Shown piece after piece: positions 40,001-54,625 of a stretch of 64,000 nt of DNA. The stretch is taken from positions 4,588,001 to 4,652,000 of the forward strand of contig JAWMAR010000115.1 in NCBI GenBank assembly GCA_036785375.1, in the 5' to 3' direction. The DNA is from Leucoraja ocellata (Eukaryota). A program made the position numbers and the translations under genes. Under the pieces are notes generated by a model. That model saw only the letters and a list, made by a program, of their open reading frames with translations, was not told the origin of the DNA and did not search any database. Positions within the stretch are counted from its first letter, which is position 1. The number at the start of each line of letters is the position of its first letter.

Positions 40001-43000
40001 GAACTGGATATTTTTTGGTGCCTTCCCTCACAGTGAATTCTGCTGTGGGGGGACGTTTCATGTTGATTTCTATAGTGTACTGTTTCTGTGTCTTTTTTTC
40101 TTTTTCTCTTTTTTTGATTTGTATGGATTTATTGCATTGATCTGTTCAATTAATTTAATCAATCTCTGTAAAGCACTTTGGTTCAAATACTGGTTTTGTT
40201 GAAAAGTGCTATATAAATAAATATTATTATTATTATTATTATTATTATTAAGCCACCCTCGCAGGGCCCACACCACCCCTGCTGGGCCCAGGCCACCCCC
40301 TCTGGGTCCAAGCCACCCCCCGCTGGGCCCATACCACCCCCGTTGGGCCCACGCCACCCCCACTCACCCCCCAATGGGTCCATGCCACCCCTGCTTACCC
40401 CCGCAGGGCCCACGCCACCCCAGCTGGGCCCAAGCCACCCTTGCTGGGCCCAAGCCACCCTCGCTGGGCCCAAGCCACCTCCGTTGGGCCCAAGCCACCC
40501 CGCTGGGCCCACACCACTCCCGCTGGGCCCAAGCCACCCCTGCTGGGCCCATACCACCCTCGCTGGGCCCACGCCACCCCCACTGACCCCCAATGGGTCC
40601 ATGCCACCCCTGCTGACCCCCTGCTGGGTCCAAGCCACCCCCTGCTGGGCCCAAGCCATCCCCTGCTGGGCCCAAGCCACCCCCACTGGGCCCAAGCGAC
40701 CCCCACTGGGCCCATGCCCCCCACTGGGCCCAAGCCACCCCCGCTGGGCCCACACCACCCCCGCTGACCCCCACTGGACCCACGCCACCCCAGCTGACCC
40801 CCACTGGGCCAACGTGAATCCCGTTGGGCCCACGCCACCTTCATCTTCGTCTCTCTCACGCCAGAAAGAGGGGGGGATGTGGGAGGGGGAGAGAGAGAGG
40901 GGAAGGGAGGAGAGAGAGAGATGTGGAGGGAAGAGGGAAAGGGGAGATTATCTTTAGTGAGATTGCAAAATTAAGGTAGGTTTTAGAGCTATTATATTTT
41001 CTCCTCCATATTGGGGGGGGGGGGGGGGGTGGGGGTTAGGGCAAATATGCATCAAGCCAATAGCCTAATTGTTAAAGAGTTAAAAGATAGCTTAATCGAT
41101 GAAGAGCTGAGAAGAGGAATCGGAGCTGCCAAGGAAAGGTACTCTGAGAAGTTGAGGAGCAAGTTCTCAGCTAGTGACTCTTCTTCAGTTTGGATGGGCA
41201 TGCAAGAAATCACCAGCTATTAGAGGAAAGCCCCCCGCTCTTTGGACAATCATCAGCTGACAAACTACCTGAATTAGTTTTACTGCAGGTTTGAAAATCA
41301 GAAACGTAACCCTGGTACCCCCTAGCCACCAAATACAGCCTGCAAAGAATGGACCCTGTACCCTCTCCTTTCCATTCACCACCTCACACCTGGCAAGACT
41401 CCAGTAATGAAAAGGGTGGACCCTTTTCCATCCCCACCAACACTTCACACCCAATTACTAACTTTTAACCAGTACCTGCAAAGATGCACTGACCCTGCCT
41501 GCTTCAAATTCTCCACTATTGTCCCTGTACCCAAAAGGTAAGGATTACTGGTCTTAAAGATTACAGGCTTGTCGCACTGACCTCTGTAGTCATGGAGACC
41601 GTTGAAAGGCTTGTGCTGGCCATGCTGAAAAACATCACAATCCCTCTGCTGGACCCTCTGCATTTTGCATATTGGGCCAATAGATCTGTGGATGATGCAG
41701 TCAATCTGGGCCTACGCTTCATCCTCCAGCACCTAGACTGCCAGGGGACCTATTTCCGAGGATTTTGTTTGTTTATTTTAGCTCTGCATTCAACACCATT
41801 GTGCCAGAGCTACTACGCTCCAAACTTTCTGAGTTGATTGTGCTTGAACCCCTCTGTCGGTGGATCACCAGCTTTCTGACTGACAGGATACAGCATGTGA
41901 GACGGGAAAGTACATCTCGGACCCACAAACGCTCAGCAAAGGAGCAGCGCAAGATGCGTACTCTCCCCTCTCCTCTACTCTCGCCACACCAATGACTGCA
42001 CCTCCACAGACACCTGTCAAGCTTCTCAAGTTTGCAGATGACACAACCCTGATTGGACTGATCCAGGATGGGGATCTCTGTACTCTTTTCAATTTGACAT
42101 CTTTCCTATAACATGATGCCCAGAACTGAACACAATATTCTAAATGTGGTCTCACCAACGTCTTATACAACTGCAACATGACCTCACAACTTCTATACTC
42201 AATACTCTGACTGACGAAGGCCAAAGTGCCAAAGTACACTTTGACCACTTGATATACCTGCGATACAACCTTCAAGGAACCATGCAACCATCAACCATTC
42301 CTCTGCCCACCATCTAATTGATCCAGTTCCTGCTGCAATCTTTCACAACCATTTTCACTATATGCAAAACCACTCATATCTGTATCATCAGCTAACTTGC
42401 TAATCTTGCCCTGTTCTCTGATGTTTCACTGAGTGCTGGAGTAACACAGCGGATCAGGCTGAGTATAGAGGTTGGGAGGCCATGTTGCAGTTGCATAAGA
42501 AGGTAGTGAGGCCACATTCAGAGTATTGTATTCAGTTCTGGGCACCATGTTATAGGAAAGATATCATCAAACTGGAAAGGGTACAGTGAAGATGTACGAG
42601 GATGTTGCCAGGACTAGAGGGCCAGAGCTATAGGGAGAGGTTGAGTAGGCTGGGACTCTATTTCATGGAGCACAGGAGGATGAGGGATGATCTAATAGAG
42701 GTGTATAAAATCATGATTTGAATAGATATTGTTGTCTTTTGTCCAGAGTAGTTGAATCGAAGCGCAGAGGACGTAAGTTTAAGGTGAACGGTAAAAGATT
42801 TAATAGGAATCTGTGGGGTATGTTTTTCACAAAAGGGGTGGTAGGTGTTTGGAACAAGTTGCCAGAGGAGATAGTTGAGGTGGGAACTATCGCAACATTT
42901 AAGAAACAGTTAGACTGGTAGGACAGGTTTGGAGAGATATGGATCAAACGTGGGCAGGTGGGACTGGTGTAGATGGGACATGCTGGGCCGTAGGGCCTAT

Positions 43001-46000
43001 TTCCACACTGTCTCACACTATGGCTCTATCTATCCTTCCCTCTCAAACACATTTTCCTGCCTTCTCCCCATTACCTCTGACACCCGTATCAATCAAGAAT
43101 CTAGCAATCTCCTCCTGAAAAATGTCCATTGACTTGACCTCCACAGCTGTCTGTGGCAATGAATTCCACAGTTCACCACCCTTTGACTTAAGAAATTCCT
43201 GCTCATCTCCTTCCTAAAGGAATGTCTTTTAATTCCGAGGCTGTGGCTACTGGTCCTAGACGCTCCCACTAGTGGAAACATCCTCTCCACATCCACTCCA
43301 TCCAGGTTTTTACCAGGCTGGGACAGACTGCAACAGCTTCACACCGTGTCCCAAAGCTTGTGCCTGTCTTGCATCACCCAAGGCAGCAGAGACATTATAG
43401 GAGAGGGCAAGCACCGTAACAAAGTAGCTCACGATGGTTTGGGTAACATTCAGGAATGTCTATTCATGCCACATCATGAATATTACTGAAGAACGGTCTT
43501 GACCCGAAATATAATCTCGAGATATGCTGCATGACACACTGAGTTACTCCAGCACTCTGTGACATGTCATCTATCCATGTTCTACAGAGATGCTGCCTAA
43601 CCCGCTGAGTTACTTCAGCACTCTGTGAAACGTTGCCTATTCATATTCTACGCAGATGCTGCCTGACCCACTGAGTTACCCCAGCATTTTGTGTCTATTT
43701 TCCCTTCACCCATCTGCCCAAGCCCACTCTCCCCCCTCCTTTCTTATATTCCTTTCCACCCATAAACCTCTCTCTGCCTTTACATTTCACTCCTCTATCA
43801 AATCTGCTCTAGTTATCTACATGCATTTTTCATCTTAACTTTTTAGTCATAGAATGATGCAGTGTGGAAACAGGCCCTTCAGCCCAACTTGCCCACACAG
43901 ACCAACATGTCCCATCTAAACTAGTCCCACTCACACGCGTTTGGCCCATATCTATATTACTAAAAGTCTGATCTTGACTGCTTTTGTCTCGCTGTACTGT
44001 GATGTCCGCGAGAACGCCACGACCTACAGCCATCATGTTTGGCAACCTCGCTCAGAGCCCCCCTCCGCCTTCCTGGACCAGAGGATTTTTCCCATCGATG
44101 AAAAATCTGAGAGATATGAATGTTTTTTGTTTTTTTTAATCGCCATTCTCTCTGCTGCCCCTGCGGGAGGGAGGGGGAGGGACTATAAAACCAGGAAGTG
44201 GTGTGCCTCACTCACTCTGCAAGATGGAGGAAGCCAGAGGATCACGTCTCTCCGAGCTCTGAATAACACTGAACACATGTCTACTGAACTGCGAGTGCCC
44301 TTAATATGGTTTGAAATTGAAAATATTGTTGGTTTGAAGTGCAAATGGTTGTTTGGGGGGTTTGGGGTTTGAAGTAAAAAGGCACTGCAAATGGTTGTTT
44401 GGGGGGGGGGGGGGGGGGGGGGCGTTGGGTTGAAGTAAAAAGGCACTGCAAATTGTTGTTTGGCTAAACTTGACAACTTCTTGTTTGCACTATATAGATT
44501 TTAGATACAACGCTACCACTTACGGCTGTGATTTTTGGCCATCTTAATCAGCCTCCCTCTGCTCCCAGGTGCAGAGGATTCTTCCCATCAATGAAAACTA
44601 AAAGTGTTATTAGTGTTTAAAAAATGTTGAGAATCTCTCTCCTGTCAATCACGCCATGAAGGCCACATCTTTTCCAGTGGGAGGGGGAGGATTATAAAAC
44701 CCGGAAGTGTGGGTGTTGCTCAGTCTCTGCATGATGGGGGAGGGAGAGGTCACAACTCTGTCTGAGCTGTGAATCAACTGAACATACTGAATGTCTATTG
44801 AACTGTGAGTATGGTGTTTTGTGTGGCTTTATGGTGGTTTTAAGATGGTTTCACCCTGCTTGAAATGGTATGAAACTGTATTTGAATGTGGTGGCCTTGC
44901 ACCCTGCATAAAATGGTATGAAACTGCATTTAAATTTGGTGGCCTTGCACCCTGCTTGAAGTGGTATGATACTGCACTTGAATTTGGTGGCTTTGCACCC
45001 GGCTTGAAGTGGTTGGAAACTGCATTTGAATTCGGTGGCCTTGCACCCTACTTGAAGTCGTAGGAAACTGCACCTGAATTTTGTGGCCTTGCACCCTACT
45101 TGAAATGGTAGGAAAATGGATTTGAATTTGGTGGCCTTGCACTCTGCTTGAAATGGAATTTCAAGGAATAGCCGTTAGTCAAGTGCCAGCCCACCAGCTG
45201 TGAGTGAGCTGCCAGCACATCAGGCTTGAGGGACTGAGCTGCCACCGCAATAATCCATTTGACCCACAATGTCCATACTAGCCCTCTGGAGACCTGTAGT
45301 CCCTGCAGCCAACAACACCCATACGAGCACTCCAGAAAGCCCCCCCCCCCCCACTGGCCACCAATATTGGAATTGGTGGAGAGGTGGAATTTTGCGTTGG
45401 GCGACCAGCCCTCCCATGTATACATGGGACCCAACGGGTTCCACTTAGTCTCTTAAATTTTAGGATAGTCCCAGCCTTAACTACCTCCTCTGGCAGCTCG
45501 TTACATACACCCAGCACCCTTTGTGTGAAAAAGCTTCCTCTCAGATTCCTGTTAATTTCTGAAATATTGGTCAAAGATTTGGTGCAAAAATGCTCCAAAA
45601 TAAGGCTCAGAATGCATCAGAGAGTATCTAAAACTACAGAGCTTCCAGGGCCCTTAAGCGGGCCCTGGGCCCTGGCATAGAGGGACTTCATGCTTCGCGC
45701 TCATGATGTGCGCAGTGCACACACTATTTCACATTAAATATTTTGTAATCCTGTCATGCCACCCCCCTGTTTGGAAAGCTTCGTACGGGCCTGTGCCCAC
45801 TATACTATACTGACCTTTGACAAAAAGGTTCACAGTGACACACTGGTTTCCATACTACTGGACTAGTGTTCATACCTTTGGAGACACTTATCAACAAGGA
45901 CAGACATTGATGATGAAATTCACGATCACCTTCAATGAGATCGCCAACACAGGTCTTGGTCAGTGGTCTGCCAGCAGTAGTGATCCATGTGTTTCCATGT

Positions 46001-49000
46001 GCTTCAGGGACCTGGACTACTTATAATAGAAGTGACCTTATAGGCATGGACAAAAGGTTTGAAGGAAATGTCTATGATTGAGCTCTACTTGCAGTAAGAC
46101 ATGGAATGTTAAAAGTTATCCGAAAAGAATAGCAACAAGTGACAAGACCTCTGTGTCGCGATCACGAAGAGCAGGAACTAAGACACTTACTTTTAAACTG
46201 CAGATAATATGGAATGAAAACCTTGGCTGTGCTTTGATGAAACAAAACACATGTCCAGTTCCTTCTTACTCCATCAACTTTTGCAATAATCAGCTGCAAA
46301 AAATTGTCCTTCTGCTTTGTTTGCATGAGATTTTTCTCCTCTACAACTTTGCCTTCATCGTTGATCCAAACCAGTCTAATTGGCTCAGTGACATGAGACA
46401 CAGAGCAGGTCAGTGCAATGTTTCTTCCCTCAGTTACTGCACCAGATGGTTCAGTTGTGACTGTGGAAAGAAGAAAATCGTAAAACAATGAATTTTGTCT
46501 GGATTGTGTTGTGTTATTCCCAGTACTTTGGCACCAGTATCTGACGATCTAAGTGTGTAAAATTATATTGCATGACAAGAGTTAGAGTCATAGAGTCATA
46601 CAGCATGAAAACAATTCGGTCCATTCAGCCCAAATCGTCCAAGATGCTCCATCTAAAATATTTTCCCACATTTGGCCCATATCCCTCTGCACCTTTTCCC
46701 ATCCATGTACCTCTCCAAGTGTATTTTCCATGATCATTCATCATACTAAGAGCAACCACTGTCCACAACATAGTCTCTGGCAACAGAGCTGGCCATAACA
46801 TTGCCACTGGCCACGTTGCTGGCCATAACACTCATCCAGGTGAAAATTAATTGATCAATTCCGCAAAATACATTCAGCCTCCAGTGAGCCTTCAAAAATT
46901 AGGATGGGTCATTTGGGGTCAAAGAAACTTGGGGAACGTGTTAAGAGAAGTTGAAGAATTTTTTTAATATTTTCGATAGAAGCTCATTTGCACCTATGTG
47001 AATCACATTTCATCATATTCCCTCTCATGTATAAAACAGAATGCGTTTTCCGCAAAATAAATGAAAACAACATTTTGATGTGCTTCCCAATAACGTTGGT
47101 TTAAGGCAGCTTTTGAGTTCAGCAAAATACAAATAAGTTGAATAGGAAGCTCTGGATATAAAATAATTATTCAAACTAGGGAATTTCTGCTGACATTGCA
47201 GTCTGTACTCAGATTGGAAACTCTACACCAGTAACTTAATTATTGAAAGTAGTAACATCCAGTCTCCTACCTGTAACTGTGATTAGTTCAATGGTCACAT
47301 ATTTATTTGATCCCGTGGAACATGTGTAAACTCCAGCATCTTCGAACTGCACGGGGACAATCCTCACACGGAGATTCTTGTCATTCACATTTCCCTCTGT
47401 GGTTTCCAGTCGATTCCCAAAGTAGCTCCTGTTGACATGGATCAGCTCAGACCTGAGAGTAGACTTCTCTTTATTCTGGAAACGTGATCTCCAAGTCCAT
47501 TTGGTTTCACTGAGCTGAGGAGAAGCTTTACAAATCAGGTCGAGTTCACTGTGATCCGTGACTGAGCGATAAACTGTGTACGTCTTGTTGTGTAAATCTG
47601 CAAGAGAGGGTCAGGGAACAAATAATTAGATTTCCACAGATGCTGAGATACAGATGTTCTGTGTTTGCACAGGAACAAACCCCCGGCTCTGGGATATCAG
47701 CTGGGAACCCTGGTTCTGGACTCCCCGAACATGGGGAACATTTTTCCTGCATCTAGCTTGTCCAATCCCTTCACAACTTTATATGTTTCCATAAGATACC
47801 CTCTCATCCTTCTAAATTTCAGTGAACATATGCCCAGTCGATCCATTCTTTCATCATACCTCAGTCCCGCCATCTAAGGAATTAATCTGGTGAACTTACT
47901 CTGCACACTCTCGATAAGAAGAATGTCCTTTCTCAAACTAGGAGACCAAAACTGCACACAATACTTCAGGTGCGGTCTCACCAGGGCCCTGTCCAACTGC
48001 AGTAGGATCTCTATTCAAATCATCTTGCTATGAAGGCCAAAATACCATTTTCTTTCTTCACTGTCTACTGTACCTTCATGCTTACTTTGTAATTATGCTG
48101 CTAAATCTCACCCCGTTAGTCAACGCAACGTTAGTCAATTATGCTCCTAAATCTCACCCCTGGATCAACTAAACTTCTTTATTCTCAATCACAAACAAAA
48201 TTCCTATACAATACCTAACCAACACTGTGGGTCCGATCCTTGTCTCTATGCATCCAAGCACTTCAGCCTCATACAAATTGACACCTCCAGATGGTCAGCA
48301 CAGTCTCAAGTGTTACCCGAGGAGATCGGCCCCGATCCATGTGGTGTCCCCTCTTATATACAAAATATGTATACACAATGTAATGGCTGCTGGAAGCCCA
48401 GCTGTTCACAGAACTCTTTAATATTCTGCCGAATAAAATGTGGACTGTTGTCTGACCTAAGTCGAATAGGGATACCAAATCTAGGGACAATTTCTCTCAT
48501 TAACACCTTGACAACAGTAGCCGCTACGTTATCAAGTTTTGGATAGGCCTCGATCCACCGGCTGAATACATCGACTATTATGAGTGCATATCTGTATCCC
48601 TGGCATTTCTCCAACTCTATATAATCCATTTGTAAAGTTTCAAAAGGACCCATGGGCAAAGGTGTCTTTCCACCTCCACACCCTACTCCTTTTCCAGGAT
48701 TGTACTTCTGGCAAATCAGGCAATTGCTACACACTTTGTGGACTAATATTTGTAATTTCGGATGCCATCAAGTAGCTCAGAGCATGTCTCCAATGGCTGT
48801 TGTGCCGCAGTGAGTTGCAAAATGTATGACTCTTCAACCCAAACAGTAAGGGGGTCTGTCATGCACGTCTGCCCTGCCGGAGCAGTTCATATTCCCTGTT
48901 CCAATGACCCAGCTGGTTACAATTAAAGCAAGCACCTGATGCTACTATTTTATCAACTTTAAAATATCTCTTCGGGGAAATATGGGGCTGTCTATTATCT

Positions 49001-52000
49001 TTCCTTGATGTGGGAGTATCCTTCATTAACTTCTTCCTTGCTCAATTTCTAATAATTAATGTGATGGCATGTTTAATTTCTTTATCGTGATACATTATTT
49101 TGATTGGTCCAGGGATAAGGGTCAGGCAATCTTGTCCATCGACTTTCGACAGACTGGCTAATCAGGACTGTGAAAATGGATTGGTCTGAGAAAAAGGTGT
49201 CTGTCTTCTCTGTACCTGATTTTCTGGCCAGCTCACTCTTTGCTCTCTCTGATCACTTTGGTCTCTGAAATCTCTGATCCCTCTGCTCGAAAATTTCTCT
49301 AATCTCAAAAGTCTCCACTGAGCCCCTCCTTCACTTCGTCCCACAGTCGGACATGCCCAACTCCAGTGTCCTGTCCCACTTCAAGTATAGCATTGGTCTG
49401 GTTCTAGTATGTTATTTCTTCTCCAATTATGTCTCAGGAAAATTGGTTCTAAAGCAGGCATCATAGCATCTCATATCTATCTATCCTATCTATATNNNNN
49501 NNNNNNNNNNNNNNNNNNNNNNNNNNNNNNNNNNNNNNNNNNNNNNNNNNNNNNNNNNNNNNNNNNNNNNNNNNNNNNNNNNNNNNNNNNNNNNNNNNNN
49601 NNNNNNNNNNNNNNNNNNNNNNNNNNNNNNNNNNNNNNNNNNNNNNNNNNNNNNNNNNNNNNNNNNNNNNNNNNNNNNNNNNNNNNNNNNNNNNNNNNNN
49701 NNNNNNNNNCCTCGAAAACCAGAAGCAAAAATGCGGAGATGTTTACATATTTCGATACGGATTTAACATGATTTCAGAAATCCACTCCTCTCTAAATTTG
49801 GTCAATTATTTCCCCAGATTTTGAATATAATTGTTCACAAAACTCACGTTTTAAAAAATAATCTCTCTCTCTCTCTCTCTCTCTTTGAGAGGCTGGTCAA
49901 GTGTGCCTGGGTTCTGGACTTTCTCACGGCCAGGCCACAGGTAGTCAAGATGGGTGGAAATACATCGAAGTCCCTCACCCTGAGAACAGGATCCCTCCAG
50001 GGTTGCGTCCTCAGCCCCCTATTATACTCCCTGTACACCAACTCGATAATCAAGTTTGCTGATGACACTGTGGTGGTGGGCCTGATCTCGGATAACGATG
50101 AGAAGGCCTACCGGGAAGAGGTGGCTGAACTGGCACTCTGGTGTCAGGACAACAGCCTCCTCTTGAATATCAAAAAACTAAGGAGCCGATCGTGGACTTT
50201 AGGAGGGCACATTATCCGAGGACGTACACACCATTGAAGATAAATAGGGAAAACTGTGGATAGAGTAAGCTGTTTTAAATACCTGGGAGTCCACATCTCT
50301 GAGGATATGACATGGACATCACATGCTGCAGCACTCGTGAGTAAGGCAAGGCAGAGCCTTTACCATCTCAGGCAATTGAGGAAATTCAGAGTGTTTCTGA
50401 GGATCCTCCAGTGCTTCTACACAGCGGCTGTGGAAAGCATCATGTCCGGAAATATCACAATTTGGTTTGGGAATTGCTCTGCCCAGGATAAGAAAGCTCT
50501 GCAGAGAGTAGTGCGTTCGGCCGAACGCACTATGGGAACTTCACTCGCCCCCCTGCAGGAACAATACATCAGAAGGTGTAACTCCAGAGCCAACAAGATC
50601 ATGGGAGATCCCTTCCACCCCAGCAACGGACTGTTCCAACTGCTACATTCAGGCAAATGCCTCCGTTGCCAAGCTGTGCGAACTGAGAGGATGAGAAGGA
50701 GTTTCTTCCCAGAGGCCATTAGGACTGTAAACTCCTATATCTCCAGGGAATAGCTTTACTGTACCATTCTACTGTTGTGTGGTGTCTTTTTAAAATTGCT
50801 GTTTTTCTCCTTTTTCTTCCCTCCCTCCCTCAAATATGTGACATGTGAATATGTGATTCTGTTTGTTGTTTGTTTGTTTTTTGCACAATTCGCAATCATT
50901 GCCACTTTTCATTTCACTGCACATCTCATATGTGTATGTGACGAATAAACTTGACTTGACAAGTTTGTTCCCAAACAATGGCCAAAATCTTTACAGTGCG
51001 CCTGTAAGTCACTTACACAATCAGCCCACAATCAATCCTTCACATCTGGGTACCCCAAAAGGGCCTGACCCACTTACGTGTCTATGGCACGCAAATTACG
51101 TGGTCCTCGTGGTCGCGTTGAGCTGAGACGGTCGAGCGAAGGTCAGGCGAGATGACATGCGCCCGCTCAACAGTCTGGAGCGTGTGACGTCATTTGAAGA
51201 TGGACACAAAATGCAGGAGTGACTCGGCGGGACCAGCAGCATCTCTGGAGAGAAGCAATGGGTGATGTTTCGTGTCGAGACTCTTCTTCAGTCTGAAAAG
51301 AAGGGTCTTGACCCGAAACGTCACCCATTGCTTCTTTCCAGTGATGCTGCCGGTCCCGCTGAGTTCCTCCTGCATTTTGTGTCTATCTTCAACTTTCTTT
51401 GCCCTGCTCTGGGAGTAGAAGTGGGGGCAGATCCGGACTTCAACGGCCGTGAGCCCCAGGCCGAGCTCGTTTGCCTGCTTCTGCTGCTGTTGGAGGTGAG
51501 ACATTGCGTCGCGCCAGGGTCTTGGGCCTGTCCCACTTTGGCCGTCAGTTCCACGACAGGCCGGTGGCGCACAAAGATTTCGTTCACTTCAAGAATTTCA
51601 GAGCCCTGCGCGATGTCAGCACCAGCCCTGCAAAACCCCTACCCATCTGCGCTTCTAAGTGGGACCGGCCTTGCGCAGCCATAGGATGCCCGTACGCCTC
51701 AAGCGACCACGAGCCAAGGACGCGTAAGTGGGACAGGCCCTTTACACACAATCTCACACACAAAAACTCACACAAGCTTCCAATCCTGTAAACAATTTTA
51801 AAGTCTGTAAACAATCCTAAATCGTAAACAATCTAAGGTGCTTTAATCTAAGGTGCAAAGAAGCAATCAAACACACTTCAGCAGCAAATCTCCTACACGT
51901 AGCACTTCAATCTAGACAAAGGCAAATTAGCTCATAACACGCAAGGAAAATCGTACTCAAACAAGAGATTTTACTACATATCACTATCAAGCAAAAACAC

Positions 52001-54593
52001 ACCCCAATATAGAACACAAGTATTCGTTGAATATCACATTCGCTAACTGTACAAAACAAATCACAGTCCTTCAATATGAAGCCCTGAATTTGGTCGAATT
52101 TGAATCGAAGAAATTTAGTCCTTTAACCCCATGTAATTATCCATTCCCAGTATTTTAACTGCTTTCCCACTAATCCGAATAATATCATTGACGCGTTTCC
52201 CCAATTTCAATTAATCCTCAGTGTTGCCTCAGAGTATTTTCAGCCAATTATAGCCAATCAGCCTAACCTAGACCAGTTAGTCTAACATCGGTAGTGGGGA
52301 ATTAAAGATGGGATAGCAGCACATTTGGAAAGTAGTGAAATCATTGGACAAAGTCAGCATGGATTTACGAAAGGTAAATCATGTCTGACGAATCTTATAG
52401 AATTTTTCGAGGATGTAACGTAGCGTGGATAGGGGAGAACCAGTGGATGTGGTGTATCTAGACTTCCAGAAGGCTTTCGACAAGGTCCCACATAAGAGAT
52501 TAGTATACAAACTTAAAGCACAAGGCATTGGGGGTTCAGTATTGATGTGGATAGAGAACTGGCTGGCAAACAGGAAGCAAAGAGTAGGAGTAAACGGGTC
52601 CTTTTCACAATGGCAGGCAGTGACTAGTGGGGTACCGCAAGGCTCAGTGCTGGGACCACAGCTATTTACAATATATATTAATGATCTGGATGAGGGATTT
52701 GAAGGCAATATCTCCAGGTTTGCGGATGACACTAAGCTGGGGGGCAGTGTTAGCTGTGAGGAGGATGCTAGGAGACTGCAAGGTGACTTGGATAGGCTGG
52801 GTGAGTGAGTGGGCAAATGTTTGGCAGATGCAGTATAATGTGGATAAATGTGAGGTTATCCATTTTGGTGGCAAAAACGGGAAAGCAGACTATTATCTAA
52901 ATGGTGGCCGATTGGGAAAGGGGGAGATGCAGCGAGACCTGGGTGTCATGGTACACCAGTCATTGAAGGTAGGCATGCAGGTGCAGCAGGCAGTAAAGAA
53001 AGCGAATGGTATGTTAGCTTTTATTGCAAAGTATAGGAGCGGGTAGGTTCTACTGCAGTTGTACAGGGTCTTGGTGAGACCACACCTGGAGTATTGCGTA
53101 CAGTTTTGGTCTCCAAATCTGAGGAAGGACATTATTGCCATAGAGGGAGTGCAGAGACGGTTCACCAGACTGATTCCTGGGATGTCAGGACTGTCTTATG
53201 AAGAAAGACTGGATAGACTTGGTTTATACTCTCTAGAATTTAGGAGATTGAGAGGGGATCTTATAGAAACTTACAAAATTCTTAAGGGGTTGGACAGGCT
53301 AGATGCAGGAAGATTGTTCCCGATGTTAGGGAAGCCCAGGACAAGGGGTCACAGCTTAAGGATAAGGGGGAAATCCTTTAAAACCGAGATGAGAAGAACT
53401 TTTTTCACACAGAGATTGGTGAATCTCTGGAACTCTCTGCCACAGAGGGTAGTTGAGGCCAGTTCATTGGCTATATATAAGAGGGAGTTAGATGTGGCCC
53501 TTGTGGCTAAGGGGATCAGGAGGTATGGAGAGAAGGCATGTACGGGATACCGAGTTGGATGATCAGCCATGATCATAATGAATGGCGGTGCTGACTCGAA
53601 GGGCCGAATGGCTTACTCCTGCACCTAATTTCTATGTTTCTATGTTTCTATAGTCCAACACTGGTTTCCCAGTACTGTAACGGAGTCCTCGAACTTATCT
53701 GAAGTTCTAATACTACTCACACAGGCGGGGCCTTCAAACCCCTGGGCTACTTTCCTTCCAACCCGTTAGGTACTGCACGTGTCCGCTTCGCGTTGGCTTT
53801 CGATGCCGATCCTTAAAAGTGTCTTTCCAAACGCACTCTCAGCACCGATACAGTACTTCTCCGCTTTCTTCTGTTACCTACTCTGTCCTGTCTCTTAAGA
53901 TACCCCAGCCAATTCAGATATCCCAATCTGAGTGGGATCTTCAACCCCTGAAATCTTCTTTGGTGTCAGGCCACCTCAATGGTACCCGACCACAACAGCT
54001 GTTGACTAACTAAGGTGTGGGGACTTTAACCCGCTAGAGAAAAGCCATGTGAGACTAACCCCCACAACACCCTTAGGCAAGAACTCTCTCTCTCCAAGCC
54101 CTCAGTGCTTGCCAAACTACTATTCTCTGATCTCATCGGGAACCCCAATGCAAGCACGCAAATGATCGATTTGTCCCGATCAGCGAAGCGGGGAAAACCG
54201 ATGTAAAAACCACACTGTGGTGCCAATTTCTCCTCTCGCAATCGCAAACTACTCAACTCCCTGATCGCAAACTGTGTCTGGGGCTCCGTTGAGATCCCGG
54301 ACGAGCCCCCAAAGTAATTATGCTCACCCCATTAGTCTGGTCCAGTAAAACACTGAGTCAAGGACTGGATCAACTAAACTTCTTTATTCTCAATCACGCA
54401 CAAACTTCCTATACGATACCTAACCACACCATGGGTCCGATCCTTGCCTATACTCATTCAAGCCCTTCAGCCTTGTGCAAATAGACACCTCGAGATGGTC
54501 ATCATGGTCCCAAGTGCTACCGCAGAAGATCGACCCCAACCCATGTGGAGTCCGCTCTTATAAATAGTATCGGACCCGTGTCGTGAAATTAAT

Positions 54594-54625
<32 letters not shown>

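Noticed and set aside
40070-40957. Several long Gly/Pro/Trp-rich ORFs on both strands
   Set aside because: They are translations of the GC-rich minisatellite.
44852-45155. 48-bp array as a CRISPR-like or coding repeat
   Set aside because: Head-to-tail units with no unique spacers, in eukaryotic transposon context.
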